From contig OX597832.1 in assembly GCA_951406725.2 (NCBI GenBank), positions 29,078,001 to 29,142,000 on the forward strand: a DNA stretch of 64,000 nt. Reading direction: 5' to 3'. The notes below the pieces were generated by a model, which saw only the letters and a list, made by a program, of their open reading frames with translations, did not search any database and had not been told where the DNA came from. This document shows, piece after piece, positions 12,621-27,104 of the stretch. A program made the translations under genes and the position numbers. The DNA comes from Octopus vulgaris (taxonomy: Eukaryota). Each line of letters opens with the position of its first letter. The first letter of the stretch is position 1.

Positions 12621-12729
12621 AAGTGAATTGGTGAAAAACTAAATAAGAATTTTGAAAGAAGTATCTATAAAGCTAGCTTTTGAACATCGACTGGCTGTGA
12701 GGATCCACTAGAACAGAATAGTAACCAAA

Positions 12730-12767
12730 GGGGTCCACAGATAAAAAAAAATGGTTGAAAACCACAG
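12730..12767. mobile_element. hAT MITE terminal fragment
   Basis: ggggtccac...ggttgaaaaccacag resembles the right end ggttgaaaaccactg of the MITE at 22711-22896. Confidence 0.45.
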
Positions 12768-12790
12768 CTCAAAGCTAGTGACTTTATGGG

Positions 12791-13180
12791 ATGGAAGCAC
12801 TCCGTCGGTTACGACGGCGAGGGTTCCGGTTGATCCGAATCAACGGAACAGCCTGCTCGTGAAATTAACGTGTAAGTGGCTGAGCACTCCACAGACACGT
12901 GCACCCTTAACGCAGTTCTCGGGGATATTCAGTGTGACACAGAGAGTGACAAGGCCGGCCCTTTGAAATACAGGTACAACAGAAACAGGAAGAAAGAGTG
13001 AGAGAAAGTTGTGGTGAAAGAGTTACAACAGGGATCACCACCATCCCCTGTCGGAGCCTCGTGGAGCTTTTTAGGTGTTTTCACTCAATAAACACTCGCA
13101 ACGCCCGGTCTGGGAATCGAAACCGCGATCCTATGACCGAGAGTCCCCTGCCCTAACCACTGGGCCATTGCGCCTCCACA
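12791..13180 (-). mobile_element. SINE family C, tail variant 4
   Basis: Reverse-complement near-identical to 56445-56832 and 57040-57423. Confidence 0.93.
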
Positions 13181-13274
13181 GTGACTTTATACAGACTTCT
13201 ATAATAACAGGTATTTTCATGATGTCGTAAAAGGGTTTGAGGGTGGGGAATTGGTTTTGTAAGAAAACTTTTAG

Positions 13275-13740
13275 GAGCAGGCGAAGCTGGGTAGTAAAGA
13301 GCTTGCTTCTCAACCATATGGTTCTGGGTTCAGTCCCGCTGCGTGGCACCTTGGCCAAGTGTCTTCTGCTTACAGCCTCGGGCCGACCAAAGCCTTGTGA
13401 GTGGATTTGGTGGACGGAAACTGAAAGAAGACTGTAGTGTGTGTGTGTGTACCTGTGCGTATGTGCGTGCGCGCGTGCGTGCGTTTATCCCCAGCACCGC
13501 TTGACTACTGGTGGTGGAGTGTTCATGTTCCCGTAACTTAGCGGTTCGACGAAATAGACTGTTAGAATAAATACGAAGCTTACAGAAAAATAGGTTGATA
13601 AATAAGTAAATAAATAAATAAATAAATGAATAAAATAGGAGTGGGGTTGATTCATTCGACTAAAAATTCTTCAAGGCGGTGCCACAGCATGGCCGCAGTC
13701 TAATGACCGAAAACAAGCGAAAGATAAGACATAAAAAGAT
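13275..13740 (+). mobile_element. SINE family A (older variant)
   Basis: ggttcagtcccgctgcgtggcaccttggccaagtgtctt...ggcggtgccacagcatggccgcagtc. Confidence 0.85.
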
Positions 13741-14169
13741 GCATTTCTATGGCTGTTAAATAGAAAGAGAGAAGAAGAAGAAGCCGAGAGAGGTGACAGA
13801 GACTTTTGTAGAAAGATCAGACGATAAACTAGACAGGGATTATATTGGCTGTCGGTTGCGTAACATTGAAGAGGAGAGGCGAAAATATGTGTTGAAAATA
13901 TGCGGAATGTACTAAAACCATTCTAGAGTTTGGATAATAAAGAGGAAAAATAATAGTTTCGACAGTAAATCAAGTGAGATGGGGCGACGGAGATGGCGTC
14001 GGTTCGTAGACAGCAGATCTCTTTGAAACAATACGTTTCTTAGTTTCTCCTCCTCTTCCCGTCCTCTTTCTCGCTTCATCTTCCTAGGTTTTCTTTTATC
14101 CACCCCCACCCCCACCTCCACCTCCACTGCCATCTACCTTTTTGATACCCGAACTCTACTTTGTTCGAG

Positions 14170-14685
14170 TATGCGTATGTGCGCACGTACGTACATACAT
14201 ACATACATACATACATACACACACATACATACATACATGCATACACACATATACATACATACATGCATACATACATACATACATACATACATACATACAT
14301 ACATACATACATACACATACATACATACATACATACATACATACATACAGACACGTGCATGAAAATATGTACATGCATGTACATCCATCCATCCGTACAT
14401 ACATAAATACATATATACACGCATTTAGATACATACATACATACATACATACTCGCATGTACATACATACACATATACAAACATACTTACATACATAAAT
14501 ACATACAAAAATGCATGTACATACATACATATATTCATACACGCATGTACATACATACACACACATGCATACATATATACATGCATAAATACATACATGC
14601 ATGCATGCATACATACATACATACTTACATATACATACATATATACGCATACATACATACATATATATATACATATATATACATA
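14170..14685. repeat. (CATA)n microsatellite
   Basis: Direct reading. Confidence 0.95.
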
Positions 14686-14832
14686 CGTAACTTAGCGGTT
14701 CGGCAAAACAGACTGATAGAATAAGTACTAGGCTTACAAAAAATGCGTCCTGGGGTTGATTTGCTCGACTAAAAAGGCGGTGCTCCAGCATGGCCGCAGT
14801 CAAATGACTGAAACAAGTAAAAGAGTAAAAGA
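14686..14832 (+). mobile_element. SINE family A 3' half
   Basis: cgtaacttagcggttcggc...gactgaaacaagtaaaagag. Confidence 0.88.
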
Positions 14833-15305
14833 GAGAGAAACACACACACACACACTGATTCATAAGAATGCATTTCCGGCACAGAGGCGGCACCTACCGG
14901 ATTCCTTGAACATGTTTGAGCACCTTCGTTTTTTTTTTGGGGGGGGGGCGTCGACAACAAGGATTTAGTTGGTCGATCAACTTAATTCTCTCTCTCCATT
15001 GTAGTAACCTAAGTGACTGAGTATTCCACAGACACTTCTACATTAATTCAATGATCCGCGCTGATCGAGCAACGAAAAAAACCACATGATTTCAAATGCT
15101 GACGTAGGTTCAGTTCTTCATCGAATTCCGTCGAGGTCGACCTTACCTTTTATTGTTTCGGGGTCAATATGATCGACTTAATCCCACTGGCTTCGAAATT
15201 GCTGGCCTTGTGCCCAAATTTGAAACCATTGTTATTATTATTATTACAACTATTATTATTATTATTCCTTCGTAACAAACTCAGTGAAGGTAAAAATGCA
15301 CCGGA

Positions 15306-15325
15306 ATTATTATTATTATTATTAT

Positions 15326-15384
<59 letters not shown>

Positions 15385-15408
15385 CTACTACTGCTGCTGC
15401 TGCTGCTG

Positions 15409-15507
<99 letters not shown>

Positions 15508-15508
15508 T
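15306..15508. repeat. (TTA)/(GTA)/(CTG)/(CTA) compound trinucleotide repeat
   Basis: Direct reading; (GTA)n followed by (CTA)n is self-complementary. Confidence 0.95.
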
Positions 15509-15509
15509 T

Positions 15510-15725
15510 TGGTTTTCAATTTTAGGACAAGGTCTGCAAGTTCGTGGAAGCGGGGAAGTCGATTACATCGACCCCCAGTACCTAACTGGCACTTATTTTA
15601 TTGACCTCCGAAGGATGAAAGGCAAAGTCGACCTCGGCGGAATTTGAACTCAGGACGTAACGGCAGACGAATTACCGCTAAGCATTTCGCCCGGCGTTCT
15701 AATGTTTCTGCCAGTTCGCCGCCTT
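15510..15725 (-). mobile_element. SINE family B
   Basis: gaaggatgaaaggcaaagtcgacctcggcggaatttgaactc...ctgccagttcgccgcc. Confidence 0.88.
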
Positions 15726-16226
15726 AATAATAATAAACCTTTCTACTGTAGACGTAAGACCTGACATTTTGAGGAAGGGTCCAAGTCGATTACATCGCCC
15801 CTAGTGCTCAACTGGTACTTATTTCATCAACCCCGAATAGTTTCCTTGTACAACATTTTACTGACCCCTTATTAATGATCCCGAAACAACGATAAACGAT
15901 ATATGCCTAAGATACCGGTCCGTGGAATCGAACTTGTAACCTATTCATCATAAAGTAAGCTTCCTACACACACAACTACGCCTGCACATATATTAATATA
16001 TTACATGAGGATACATATGTGTGTGAGTAACTTCTGATGTGTGTGTTTCAGTGTGGCGTGTGTGTGTGTGTGTGTGTGTGTCTATGTGTGTGTGTGTGTG
16101 AGTGTGTGTATACCTGTGTATCATTGTAAGTGGGTAGTACACGTGTGTGTGTTAAAGCACCTGTATGTATGATCAGAACATATAGTGTGTGTGTGTGTGT
16201 GTGTGTGAGTGTGCGTGCGTGCGTGC

Positions 16227-16283
<57 letters not shown>

Positions 16284-16348
16284 CGTGTGTGTGTGTGTGT
16301 GTGTGTGTGCGTGCGTGTGTGTGTGTGTGTGTGTGTGAGCGTGCTTGC

Positions 16349-16389
<41 letters not shown>

Positions 16390-18249
16390 AAACGTCTCCC
16401 GTGACTTGCAAGTGACGGGGCCCGAAGTTTGTTCCCCTAACTGGATAGTTGACCAATGGACCAAATAAACTGGAAGGATACCCGATCCGTCACACTTGAC
16501 TGGATTACTCAGGTATCTCGTCACATACCACCTCCTCCCACCTGCTTATTACCTCCTCCTCCTCCTATCTCTCGCCTCAATCTTCTCATACTTCCTCCTA
16601 CGTCCCCACCCCACCCCACCCCACCTCATGTGGCAAAAAAACAAGTAGGTTCCTGTATTTGCCATTTCAGCCATGTCACATTGTTCCACACACACAATGC
16701 ATACCCACACATATATGCATGTACTCACACACACACACACGCACACACACACACTTCAAGCAATCGGTGGAGTATGAGTGGGGGAGGGTGGCGCTTTTTT
16801 ATTTTCCTTTACCCGCAGCCTTTAATGGCCATTTTCCCGAAACCGATATGGTTAATGCTCCTCTTGAATAACTGCGAGATAACAGCAGCAAAAGAAACAT
16901 AGACAAGGAGAAAATTTCAGAGGTGGGGGTCCTTAGTATGAAGGGTTGGCATATAAGGTTCGTGGCAGGATAGACAAAATGGCAACAAGACTAGAAGGGA
17001 AGTTTGCGTTTGGAGTACTTGAATGGTGGGAATTGGAAAATGACCTGACTAGCATAACTTGGAATATACGCGACAAGAAATACTATTTATTCATTCGGAA
17101 GGTGTAATTTCCATCTTTGTTCCTCTGAGAAACGGTACATATTAACAGAGCCCGTGTGTATATCTTAACAAGAAGACTGAACTGTCATACTACTGTCATC
17201 AATAGAGCTCCTTCTGAGTAAATTCGCGGAATTGTTTCAGCGGAGGATAAAACATCATGCAGAATTTGTTCCGTCTCTCTGGGATTTTGGTTCCAATCCT
17301 ACTGAGACCATTTGTGCTTTTCACGCCTTCGAGATCGATAAAACAAAGTGGTAGCCCAAGTTGGTGGGTTGGTAGAATCGGTGGAGCATCAAACGAAGCC
17401 TTGCGATGGATGTTCCGGCTTTTTGTGAGGTGGACCTAATCCGTCACTCGGTTAAGCACCAATATCCGGCCCTTGCGTTCCTTTAACAAAGTTTATTCTG
17501 TTTTAAAAAAGAAAAACAAAAGACACTGGGCTGAGTCTTCGGTTTTAGAGTAACTTCCTCTCTTCATGTCTCAGTAGCCTTGAAAACAATTATTATCCCG
17601 TGTAAGAGGCTTTCCTCGATGGTTTGGTCATTTCGAGGCAGACATGGGGAAACGGGGACACGCAGCTGTTGGATTTACTGTCCCTCCTTCAGCACCTTTC
17701 TCTTCTTTTTCTCTCATTTCTCATCTCTCTCTTTCTCTCCCTTACTTTCTTTCTCCTCCCTGTCCCCTCCTCTCTCTCTCTCCCTGTGTTTTCTCTCTCA
17801 CATATATCATCTCTTCTCCATCTCTCCCCCCCTTCACCCCTCTCTCTCTCTCCATCTTTCTGCCACTGCTTATAGAATGGATGTTTTAGCGGGTCGTTGA
17901 TAGCGATGGCGTAGTGATGATGGAGAAGGTGGGAAATAATATGAGCAACGTCATCATCATCATCATCACCGTCATCATCATCATCTTCATTATCACCACC
18001 ATCATTGTCATGATCCCCTCCACGTCAGAGCTTCACCATCATCATCCTCATCATCATCTTCAACGACAATAACAACAACAACAACATCATCATCATCATC
18101 ATGTTAAGCCCATTAAAATAGATAAGAGCTTTGATGATTGAAAACTCGTTGAGAGCCAAACGTGAGAGTTAAGTCCGTTTTATAGGCTTTTTAAATCTAT
18201 GGCTTTCTCTTTGTTTCCTAGAATGCTGTGGTCGATTCTATACAGTGAG

Positions 18250-18285
<36 letters not shown>

Positions 18286-18750
18286 GCATACATACATACA
18301 TACATATATACATACATACATACATATATACATACATACATACATACATACATAGATTCATACATACATACATACATACATACATACATACATACATACA
18401 TACATACATACATTCATACATACATACATACATACATACATACATACATACATACATACATTCATACATACATACATACATATATACATACATACATACA
18501 TACATACATACATACATACATACATGCATAAATACATACATAGATACATACATGCATACATACATTCATACATACATACATACATAAATACATACATACA
18601 TACATACATACATGCATACATGCATACATACATACATATATACATATATGCATGCATACATACATATACACTCTCTTGTACACATACAGACACTCATACA
18701 CGTACGCATGATTCACTCGCACATACACACGCAGTCATACACACACACAT
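18250..18750. repeat. (TG)n/(CATA)n microsatellite
   Basis: Direct reading. Confidence 0.95.
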
Positions 18751-18834
18751 GCATACACGTTCCTATATGGACGACGATGATGATTTCGACGGTGGTGGTC
18801 ATATTATTTCCACAAGTGTATCAGAAACGATTTT

Positions 18835-19455
18835 GCCTGTGGCTAGATGGTAGAGTCGTTAGAGCACCGGACAAAACGTTTTGCGACATTTGTTCCGTCC
18901 TTTTACTTCCTGTGTTCAAATTCCGTCTAGGATGACTTTGCTTTACATCCCATGGGAATCGATATAATAAAATACCATCAAGTGCTGGAGTCGATATTAT
19001 CGACTAGATCCCATCACCAAAAATTGCAGGTCTTGTGCTAGAATCAGAAAGGCGGGTGAAATGCTTGGTGATATTTCGTCCGTCTTTACGTTCCGAGTTC
19101 GAATTCCGCTCAGGTCAACTTTACCTTTTATCCTTTCGGGATCGTTAAACTAAGTACCAGTGAAAAACTGGGGTCGGTGTAATCAACCTAAAATTTCAGG
19201 CCTTGTGCCTAAAGTAAAAAGGATTATTTTATAAATGAAGATTGCTTGATGGCAGAAACGTCATCACGCCTGACAAAGCGCTTAGCGCTTTTTTATCCGG
19301 TTCTTTACGGTCTGAATTCAAATGCTGCCGAGGTCGGCTTTGCCTTTTATCTTTGGGGGTGGGGAGCGATCAAATAAGTAACAGTGGGTTAGTGGAGTCG
19401 GTGTAATCGATTTGCCCCTCTCCTCAAAATTTCCGGCCTTGTGCCAAAATTCGGA
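18835..19455 (+). mobile_element. Cluster of three diverged SINE B copies
   Basis: Three degenerate ttcaaattcc...actttgcctttcatcc...aagtacc...ggccttgtgc units. Confidence 0.75.
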
Positions 19456-19619
19456 AGATGAGTATTTTTCTCATTCATTTGCAATAAAATTATGCAAAAA
19501 CTGGGTTTTTATTCATTAGAGATAAAGACAAACTGTTGAATGACCCGGGGCTGGGAATCACTCTGCTTTTATATCATGCTAGTTTCCTTTATATTGGAGA
19601 TATAGTCACACTTTGACTG

Positions 19620-20545
<926 letters not shown>

Positions 20546-20655
20546 AAACCACGCTCCTTCACAACATTCACTCTTTTCTGTGAGGTTGAAGAGCAAGGGG
20601 GGGGGGAGGTTGTGCCTGTCCCACATCCAATTAGCAATCGTGACAATGGCACACA

Positions 20656-20784
20656 TGGTGGTGGTGGTGGTTGTGGTGGTGGTGGTGGTGGTGGTAGTGC
20701 CAGTGGTGATGAAGGTAATGGCGGCGGCGATGGTGGCTGGAGAGGTGATGGTAGTGATGGTGGTGGTAGTAGTAGTAGTGCGCC

Positions 20785-20823
<39 letters not shown>

Positions 20824-21035
20824 ATGTGTATATATAAACAAATATATATATTTGTATGTATGTTTATATATACATATATATATATACGAGCCGGAGATGC
20901 TACGCAGTGGTAGTGGTAGTGGTGGTAGTGGTGGTGGTGGTGGCGGTGGTGGTGGTGGTGGCGGTGGTGGTGGTGGTGGTGGTGGTAGTGGTGGTGGTGG
21001 TGGTGTTGGTGGTGATGGTAGTGGCGTTGGTGGTG
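20656..21035. repeat. (GGT)n and (TA)n simple repeats
   Basis: Direct reading. Confidence 0.9.
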
Positions 21036-21599
21036 CTATAGTGAAGAAATGGAAATTTCTCAGAGCAATACATCACCTCTCAAGTATTTTCTTCTGAATC
21101 CTTCATTTATCTCTTCCTTTCATTCTTTCTGTCTATACACACACACATATACATATATATATATATACATACATGTATATATACGCTCGTACACACACAC
21201 ACACACATGAAAGGCCTCTTTCTCCATTCCGCAGTGGAACAATCTGTAAAAGGACTCTCGCTCAATGGCGGATGTTGAAAGATTAATAGAAAAATCTCGT
21301 CTTCCTTCTCCTTTTATTGTCTTTTAATTCTCCAGGTCCTCCCACCCCACCCCCAGCCCCGGTACCACCCTCACCCCACGCTACTTCTCTCTTCCTCCAC
21401 CTCCTCCTCCCATTCCCCACCACTCACACGCACACACACACATTAACCTCCCTCCCGTAGTTTAGACCAATCAATGCTCCGCAATAACAACCACCCCTCC
21501 CCCATATCCCTCACCTCCCTCCCTCCCCCCCCATCCATCCATATAATCCTTTACAGAAGCTTAACACCTAATTAAATCTTAACTCGTTTTACACCCTTC

Positions 21600-21828
21600 C
21601 AAATAATAATAACAACAACAACAATAATAATAATAATAATAATAATAACAACAACAACAACAACAACAACAATAATAATAATGATAATAATGATAATGAT
21701 AATCTTCTTCTTGCAGAAGAATTGTTGCTGATGTTCTTACTGCTTTCTTGCTGATGCCGTGGTCTATTATTATTATTACTATCATTATTATCATCATCAT
21801 CACCATCATCATCATTCATTATTATTAA

Positions 21829-21891
<63 letters not shown>

Positions 21892-22052
21892 CCTTGCTTT
21901 ATCGTTGTTCTTGTAATTGTTGATGTCTTCGTTTTTGCCGTTGTTGTGGTTACTTCATAACAATGATGATGATGCTGATGGTGGTAGTGATGATGATGAC
22001 GATGATGATGATGATGTTGGTCACATTGTTGTTAATTTATTGTTGCCGTTGC

Positions 22053-22110
<58 letters not shown>
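21600..22110. repeat. (AAT)/(AAC)/(TTA)/(GAT)/(TTG) compound trinucleotide repeats
   Basis: Direct reading. Confidence 0.9.
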
Positions 22111-22610
22111 GCCGTTTAGTTATTGCTTCGTTCTCATTGTTCTCCAGTTCTCAACATTTCATTTCACCTTCATCGCTCGTCAGATGAAAGGAAAAGAAAG
22201 AGTTTAAAAAAAACAAAAAACAGAAGAAACTCAAGAGAATCACGTGACTCTCTCTCTATAAGTGCGTGTGTGTGTTTTTACACGCATACATACACATACA
22301 CACACAACACACACAAACGTATACATACATACACGCACACACACGTTTCTGTGTGTGTGTGTATTTTATATAAAAAAAAGGAAACGACTGTGTTTTGACT
22401 AAAGTTGTTCTTTTTCTTTTCTATCAAAGCTTCGTTTCTTTGTTGTTCTTTTTATGTTTAGTTCAAAACAATGGCGTCGTTAAATCCATTAAGAGTTCAA
22501 GAATCTAATGGATTTAGGAACGTAACGCGCGCAAAAAGGTACCTCTACGTTTATACATACACCGACACACACACACACACACACGCACGCACACACACAT
22601 ACACATGTGT

Positions 22611-22979
22611 AGGCGCAGCAGTGGCTGTTTGGTAAGTAGCTTGCTTCCCGACCATGGTTCTGGGTTCAGCTCCACTGCTTAGCACCTTAGGCAAGTGTCT
22701 TCTATTATAGCAGTGCTTTTCAAACTTTTTGCTGGAGCGGAACCCCAAGGAAACATTCCACTGGCTCGAGGAACCCCTGTGCAATAATTTAATAGTCTGC
22801 ACAGGAGAATTAAAAATTACTGCCAATTTTAGCAGTTTTTTAACTTCTTGCGGAACCCCTGGACTGTACTTGCGGAACCCTGGTTGAAAACCACTGTACT
22901 ATAGCCTCGGGCCGACCAAAGCCTTCTGAGCGGATTTAGTAGACGAAACTGTAAGAAACCCGTCTTATATATGCATATG

Positions 22980-23022
<43 letters not shown>

Positions 23023-23222
23023 ACGTGTCTGTGTTTGTTCCCCCAACATCGTATGACAACCGATGCTGGTGTGTTTATGTCCCCGTAACTTAGCGGTTCG
23101 GCAAAAGAGATCGATAGAATAAGTACTAGGCTTACAAAGAATAAGTCCTGGGGTCGATTTTCTCGACCAAAGGCGGTGCTCCAGCGTGGGCGCAGTCAAA
23201 TGACTGAAACAAATAAAAGAAT
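22611..23222 (+). mobile_element. SINE family A interrupted by a hAT MITE
   Basis: Head ends gtgtcttctattatag and resumes tactatagcctcgggccgacc after the MITE. Confidence 0.92.
22711..22896. mobile_element. Non-autonomous hAT element (MITE), 186 bp
   Basis: TIRs cagtgcttttcaa / ttgaaaaccactg; 8-bp TSD tattatag/tactatag with central TA (Buster/Charlie-like). Confidence 0.92.
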
Positions 23223-23499
23223 GAAGGAAGACTTATATATCAAAATTAACCGAAGGACACACTAAGTATGTCTACCTGCTGGAAACAACAGTCAAAACGC
23301 TTATTTAAATCGCCAAAATACACTGATATAACTACAGAAATCACCCGTCCGAAGGTAAACGGGCAAAGACAGTCTCTCAGCATACATTCAAGTATTTGGA
23401 CTGACGGGAACTGGTTTCTGGACTGGCATTATAGCCTCACCTTCCTCAGCACGCGTTACCATAATGAAGAGCCCCAATCCATCACGCTGAAGTCTGCAG

Positions 23500-23655
23500 T
23501 GCAGCTGACTCGTTTTGCACCGTATGATCGACCGCTAGCCACTAAAGCTTTTTTTATTCTCTTTGTGTTTATTTTCTCGTTTTCCTTTCTGATGAAGAGC
23601 GTAGGCTCGAAACGTAAAAGACTTTCTCACCTTCCCGAGCGTTAAACTAATACAG
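23500..23655 (+). mobile_element. Penelope-like pseudo-LTR fragment
   Basis: Pyrimidine-rich tract followed by a minimal type I hammerhead motif, the usual pLTR signature; no RT or GIY-YIG ORF visible. Confidence 0.55.
23585..23620 (+). ncRNA. Minimal type I hammerhead ribozyme motif
   Basis: CUUU-CUGAUGA-A-GAGC(GUAG)GCUC-GAAA-CG-UA-AAAG: all core bases, 4-bp stem II, palindromic ACGU stem III, 4-bp stem I, GUA cleavage triplet. Confidence 0.8.
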
Positions 23656-23669
23656 CAGAATCGTTATCT

Positions 23670-24016
23670 AAAAGGATAAAGACCCCCTTCAGTCATGAAT
23701 GCCCATGGGATTGCACCTAGAAAGTTACCCTACTAGACACAAGTCCGGGCAAGATTGTTTATGGAAGATCAGCAGTCGCCCATGCATACCAGCCTCTCCT
23801 CTCTACACCACTAATGTTATCCAAGAGAAAGGCAAAGGGGCCGATACAGCTTGACACCTATGACGTGGCTACTGATTTCTACAGCTGAGTGAACTGGAAT
23901 AATGAGAAATAAAGTGTCTTGCTCAAGAACACAACACACAGCCTGGTCCGGGAATCGAACCCTCTAGCTCATGATTATGAGCCCGACGTTCTAACCACGG
24001 AGCCATGCGCCTTCAC
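23670..24016 (-). mobile_element. SINE family D (V-domain-like core), distinct tail
   Basis: Minus head tgaaggcgcatggctccgtggttag...ggttcgattccc; core ttgagcaagacactttatttc...ccagttcactcagctgtaga. Confidence 0.85.
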
Positions 24017-24232
24017 AGAATCGTTTGCACGCTAGGCAAAACGCTTAGCGGTATAGTTGGGTTTTTGCTTAATTTAAATAGCGATTGCTATGAGTTCTGT
24101 TGATGTGATGGTAGATGAAGGGATACTTCCGCTCTGGTGGGTAGTCATCAAATCATAAAACATATCCGCACAATCTTTATTTTCTTGATGTGAAGAGAAT
24201 AACAGAAAGTATTTACAAATGTTTAATGTTAT

Positions 24233-24403
24233 AGGCGCAGGAGTGGCTGTATGGTAAGTAGCTTGCTAACCAGCCACATGGTTCTGGGTTCAGTCCCACT
24301 GCGTGGCATCTTGGGCAAGTCTCTTCTGCTATAGCCCCGGGCCGACCAATGCCTTGTGAGTGGATTTGGTAGACGGAAACTGAAAGAAGCCTGTCGTATA
24401 TAT

Positions 24404-24439
<36 letters not shown>

Positions 24440-24663
24440 ATATATTTGTGTGTCTGAGTTTGTCCCCCTAGCATTGCTTGACAACCGATGCTGGTGTGTT
24501 TACGTCCCCGTCATCTAGCGGTTCGGCAAAAGAGACCGATAGAATAAGTACTGGGCTTACAAAGAATAAGTCTCGGGGTCGATTTGCTCGACTAAAGGCG
24601 GTGCTCCAGCATGGCCGCAGTCAAATGACTGAAACAAGTAAAAGAGTAAAAGAGTAAAAGAGT
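24233..24663 (+). mobile_element. SINE family A, full length
   Basis: aggcgcaggagtggctgtatgg...(gtaaaaga)3. Confidence 0.94.
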
Positions 24664-24723
24664 TCCACAGAAATGATTTTAAAACCCTAGTTTAACAACT
24701 TAAAAAGCTTATATCTGTCTATT

Positions 24724-24789
<66 letters not shown>

Positions 24790-25129
24790 AGTGTGTGTGT
24801 GTGAGTGTGTGTGTGTGTGAGTACATACATAAAATATCGATCCAGTAATTCAGTAATGGCTAAATTTAGCGATCCAAGAAAAAGGATAGGCAAAGGTGAG
24901 GCCGGTGAGCGCAGAACCGTAACCGATACAAAAACCATATCCTTTCGACGCCAGAGGCATGACGGATAAAGTCAAGCTTTGACGAAATTTGAACACGAAA
25001 CGAAAGTGGCACAATTGAATGCCACAAATATTCTGTCGGACACTCTGCCGACTCCGGCATTTCAAATTCTTTCCCTTTTTTTTCCCCCCCATTGAGTGGA
25101 GGTTAAGAGGAGATGAAGGAAAATTGGAA

Positions 25130-25304
25130 AGAAGGAGGATGAGGAGGAGACGAAGAAGAAGAAGAAGAAGAAGAAGAAGAAGAAGAAGAAGAAGAAGAAG
25201 AAGAAGAAGAAGAAAAAGAAGAAGAAGAAGACGAAGAAGAAGAAAAGGAAGAAGAAGAAGACGAAGAAGAAGAAAAAGAAGAAGAAGAAAAAGAAGAAGA
25301 AGAA

Positions 25305-25336
<32 letters not shown>

Positions 25337-25376
25337 AGAAGAAGAAATGGAGGAGGAGGAGGAGGAGGAGGAGGAA
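25130..25376. repeat. (AGA)n/(GGA)n repeat
   Basis: Direct reading. Confidence 0.95.
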
Positions 25377-25532
25377 CTTATTATGTAGTTGTAATGCTAT
25401 GCGAATGTGGAGGTGGGAGTAGTGAAAGAGAGAGTATGTGTGTAGAAAGGGAGAGAAGATTGCTATGTGTCTGGAATAGGGAGAAATGAAAGGGAGAGTG
25501 TGGGAAGTGGTGGGAGGCAAGCAATGAAGAAG

Positions 25533-25636
25533 GTGTGTGTGTGTGTGTGTGTGACATACATACATACATACATACATACATACATACATACATACATACA
25601 TACATACATACATACATACATACATACATACATACA

Positions 25637-25668
<32 letters not shown>

Positions 25669-25826
25669 CATACACACACATACATACATACATACATACA
25701 TACATACATACATACATACATACATACATACATACATACATACATACATACATACATACATACATAATACATACATTCATAATACATACATACATACATA
25801 CATACATACATACATACATACATACA

Positions 25827-25859
<33 letters not shown>

Positions 25860-26088
25860 GCACACATACATACATATATGCACACATACATACATACATA
25901 CATACATACATACATAATACATACATACATAATACATACATACATAATACATACATACATAATACATACATACATACATACATACATACATACATACATA
26001 CATACATACATACATACATACATAATACATACATACATATACATACATACATACATAATACATACATACATACATACATACATACATA

Positions 26089-26120
<32 letters not shown>

Positions 26121-26398
26121 TACATACATACATACATACATAACATACATACATACATACATACATACATACATACATACATACATAATACATATATACG
26201 TATATACATACATACATACATACATAATACATACATTCATAATACATACATAAACACATACATACATAATACATATATACATACATACATACATACATAA
26301 TACATAATACATACATATATACATGCATACATACATAATACATACATAAACACATACATACATACATACATACATAATACATAATACATACATACATA

Positions 26399-26429
<31 letters not shown>

Positions 26430-26786
26430 CATACAAACATACATAATACATACATACATACATATATACATAATACATACATATATACATGCATACATAA
26501 TACATACATACATAATACATACATACATATATACATGCATACATACATACATACATACACACATACATACATACATACATACATAATACATACATACATA
26601 AACACATACATACATACATACATACATACATACACACATACATACATAAACACATACATACATAATACATATATACGTATATACATACATACATAATACA
26701 TACATACATAATACATACATACATACATACATATATACATACATACATACATACATACATACATACATACATACATACATACATAC
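25533..26786. repeat. ~1.25-kb (CATA)n microsatellite with cataata variant units
   Basis: Direct reading. Confidence 0.95.
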
Positions 26787-26958
26787 AAACGCACGAACGC
26801 ATACAAAATATAAAATGCAGTTTGGTATATATACATTGAGAGAGTGATACGGGTGTTAATTGTCCGCCATTGCTATTCCACGCTTCAGTAAGCATTTGCT
26901 TGTCACAGGTTGTGGACATCTTTACATGTCACCTCAATAAATTATTTACTAAATATAT

Positions 26959-27005
26959 TGTCACGTGACACCCAATCCTGATGGTTCAGACACTAAAATG
27001 GCGTC
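26959..27005. promoter_or_regulatory. Candidate motif cluster: E-box palindrome, CCAAT, YY1-like
   Basis: TGTCACGTGACA (26959-26970), CCAAT (26972-26976), AAAATGGCG (26995-27003). Confidence 0.3.
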
Positions 27006-27104
27006 TCTCTCTTCCCCCCTCGAGTCTCCTAGAAAAGTGATGCCTTGACTGAGTGATACATTTTGCAAACACAACAATGAAAACAATACAAACGTAGATT
27101 TTTA

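Noticed and set aside
25062-26919. Long ORFs such as MYVC/HTYI repeats (also poly-V, poly-I, poly-S, poly-H ORFs elsewhere)
   Set aside because: Translations of stop-free microsatellites; no domain content
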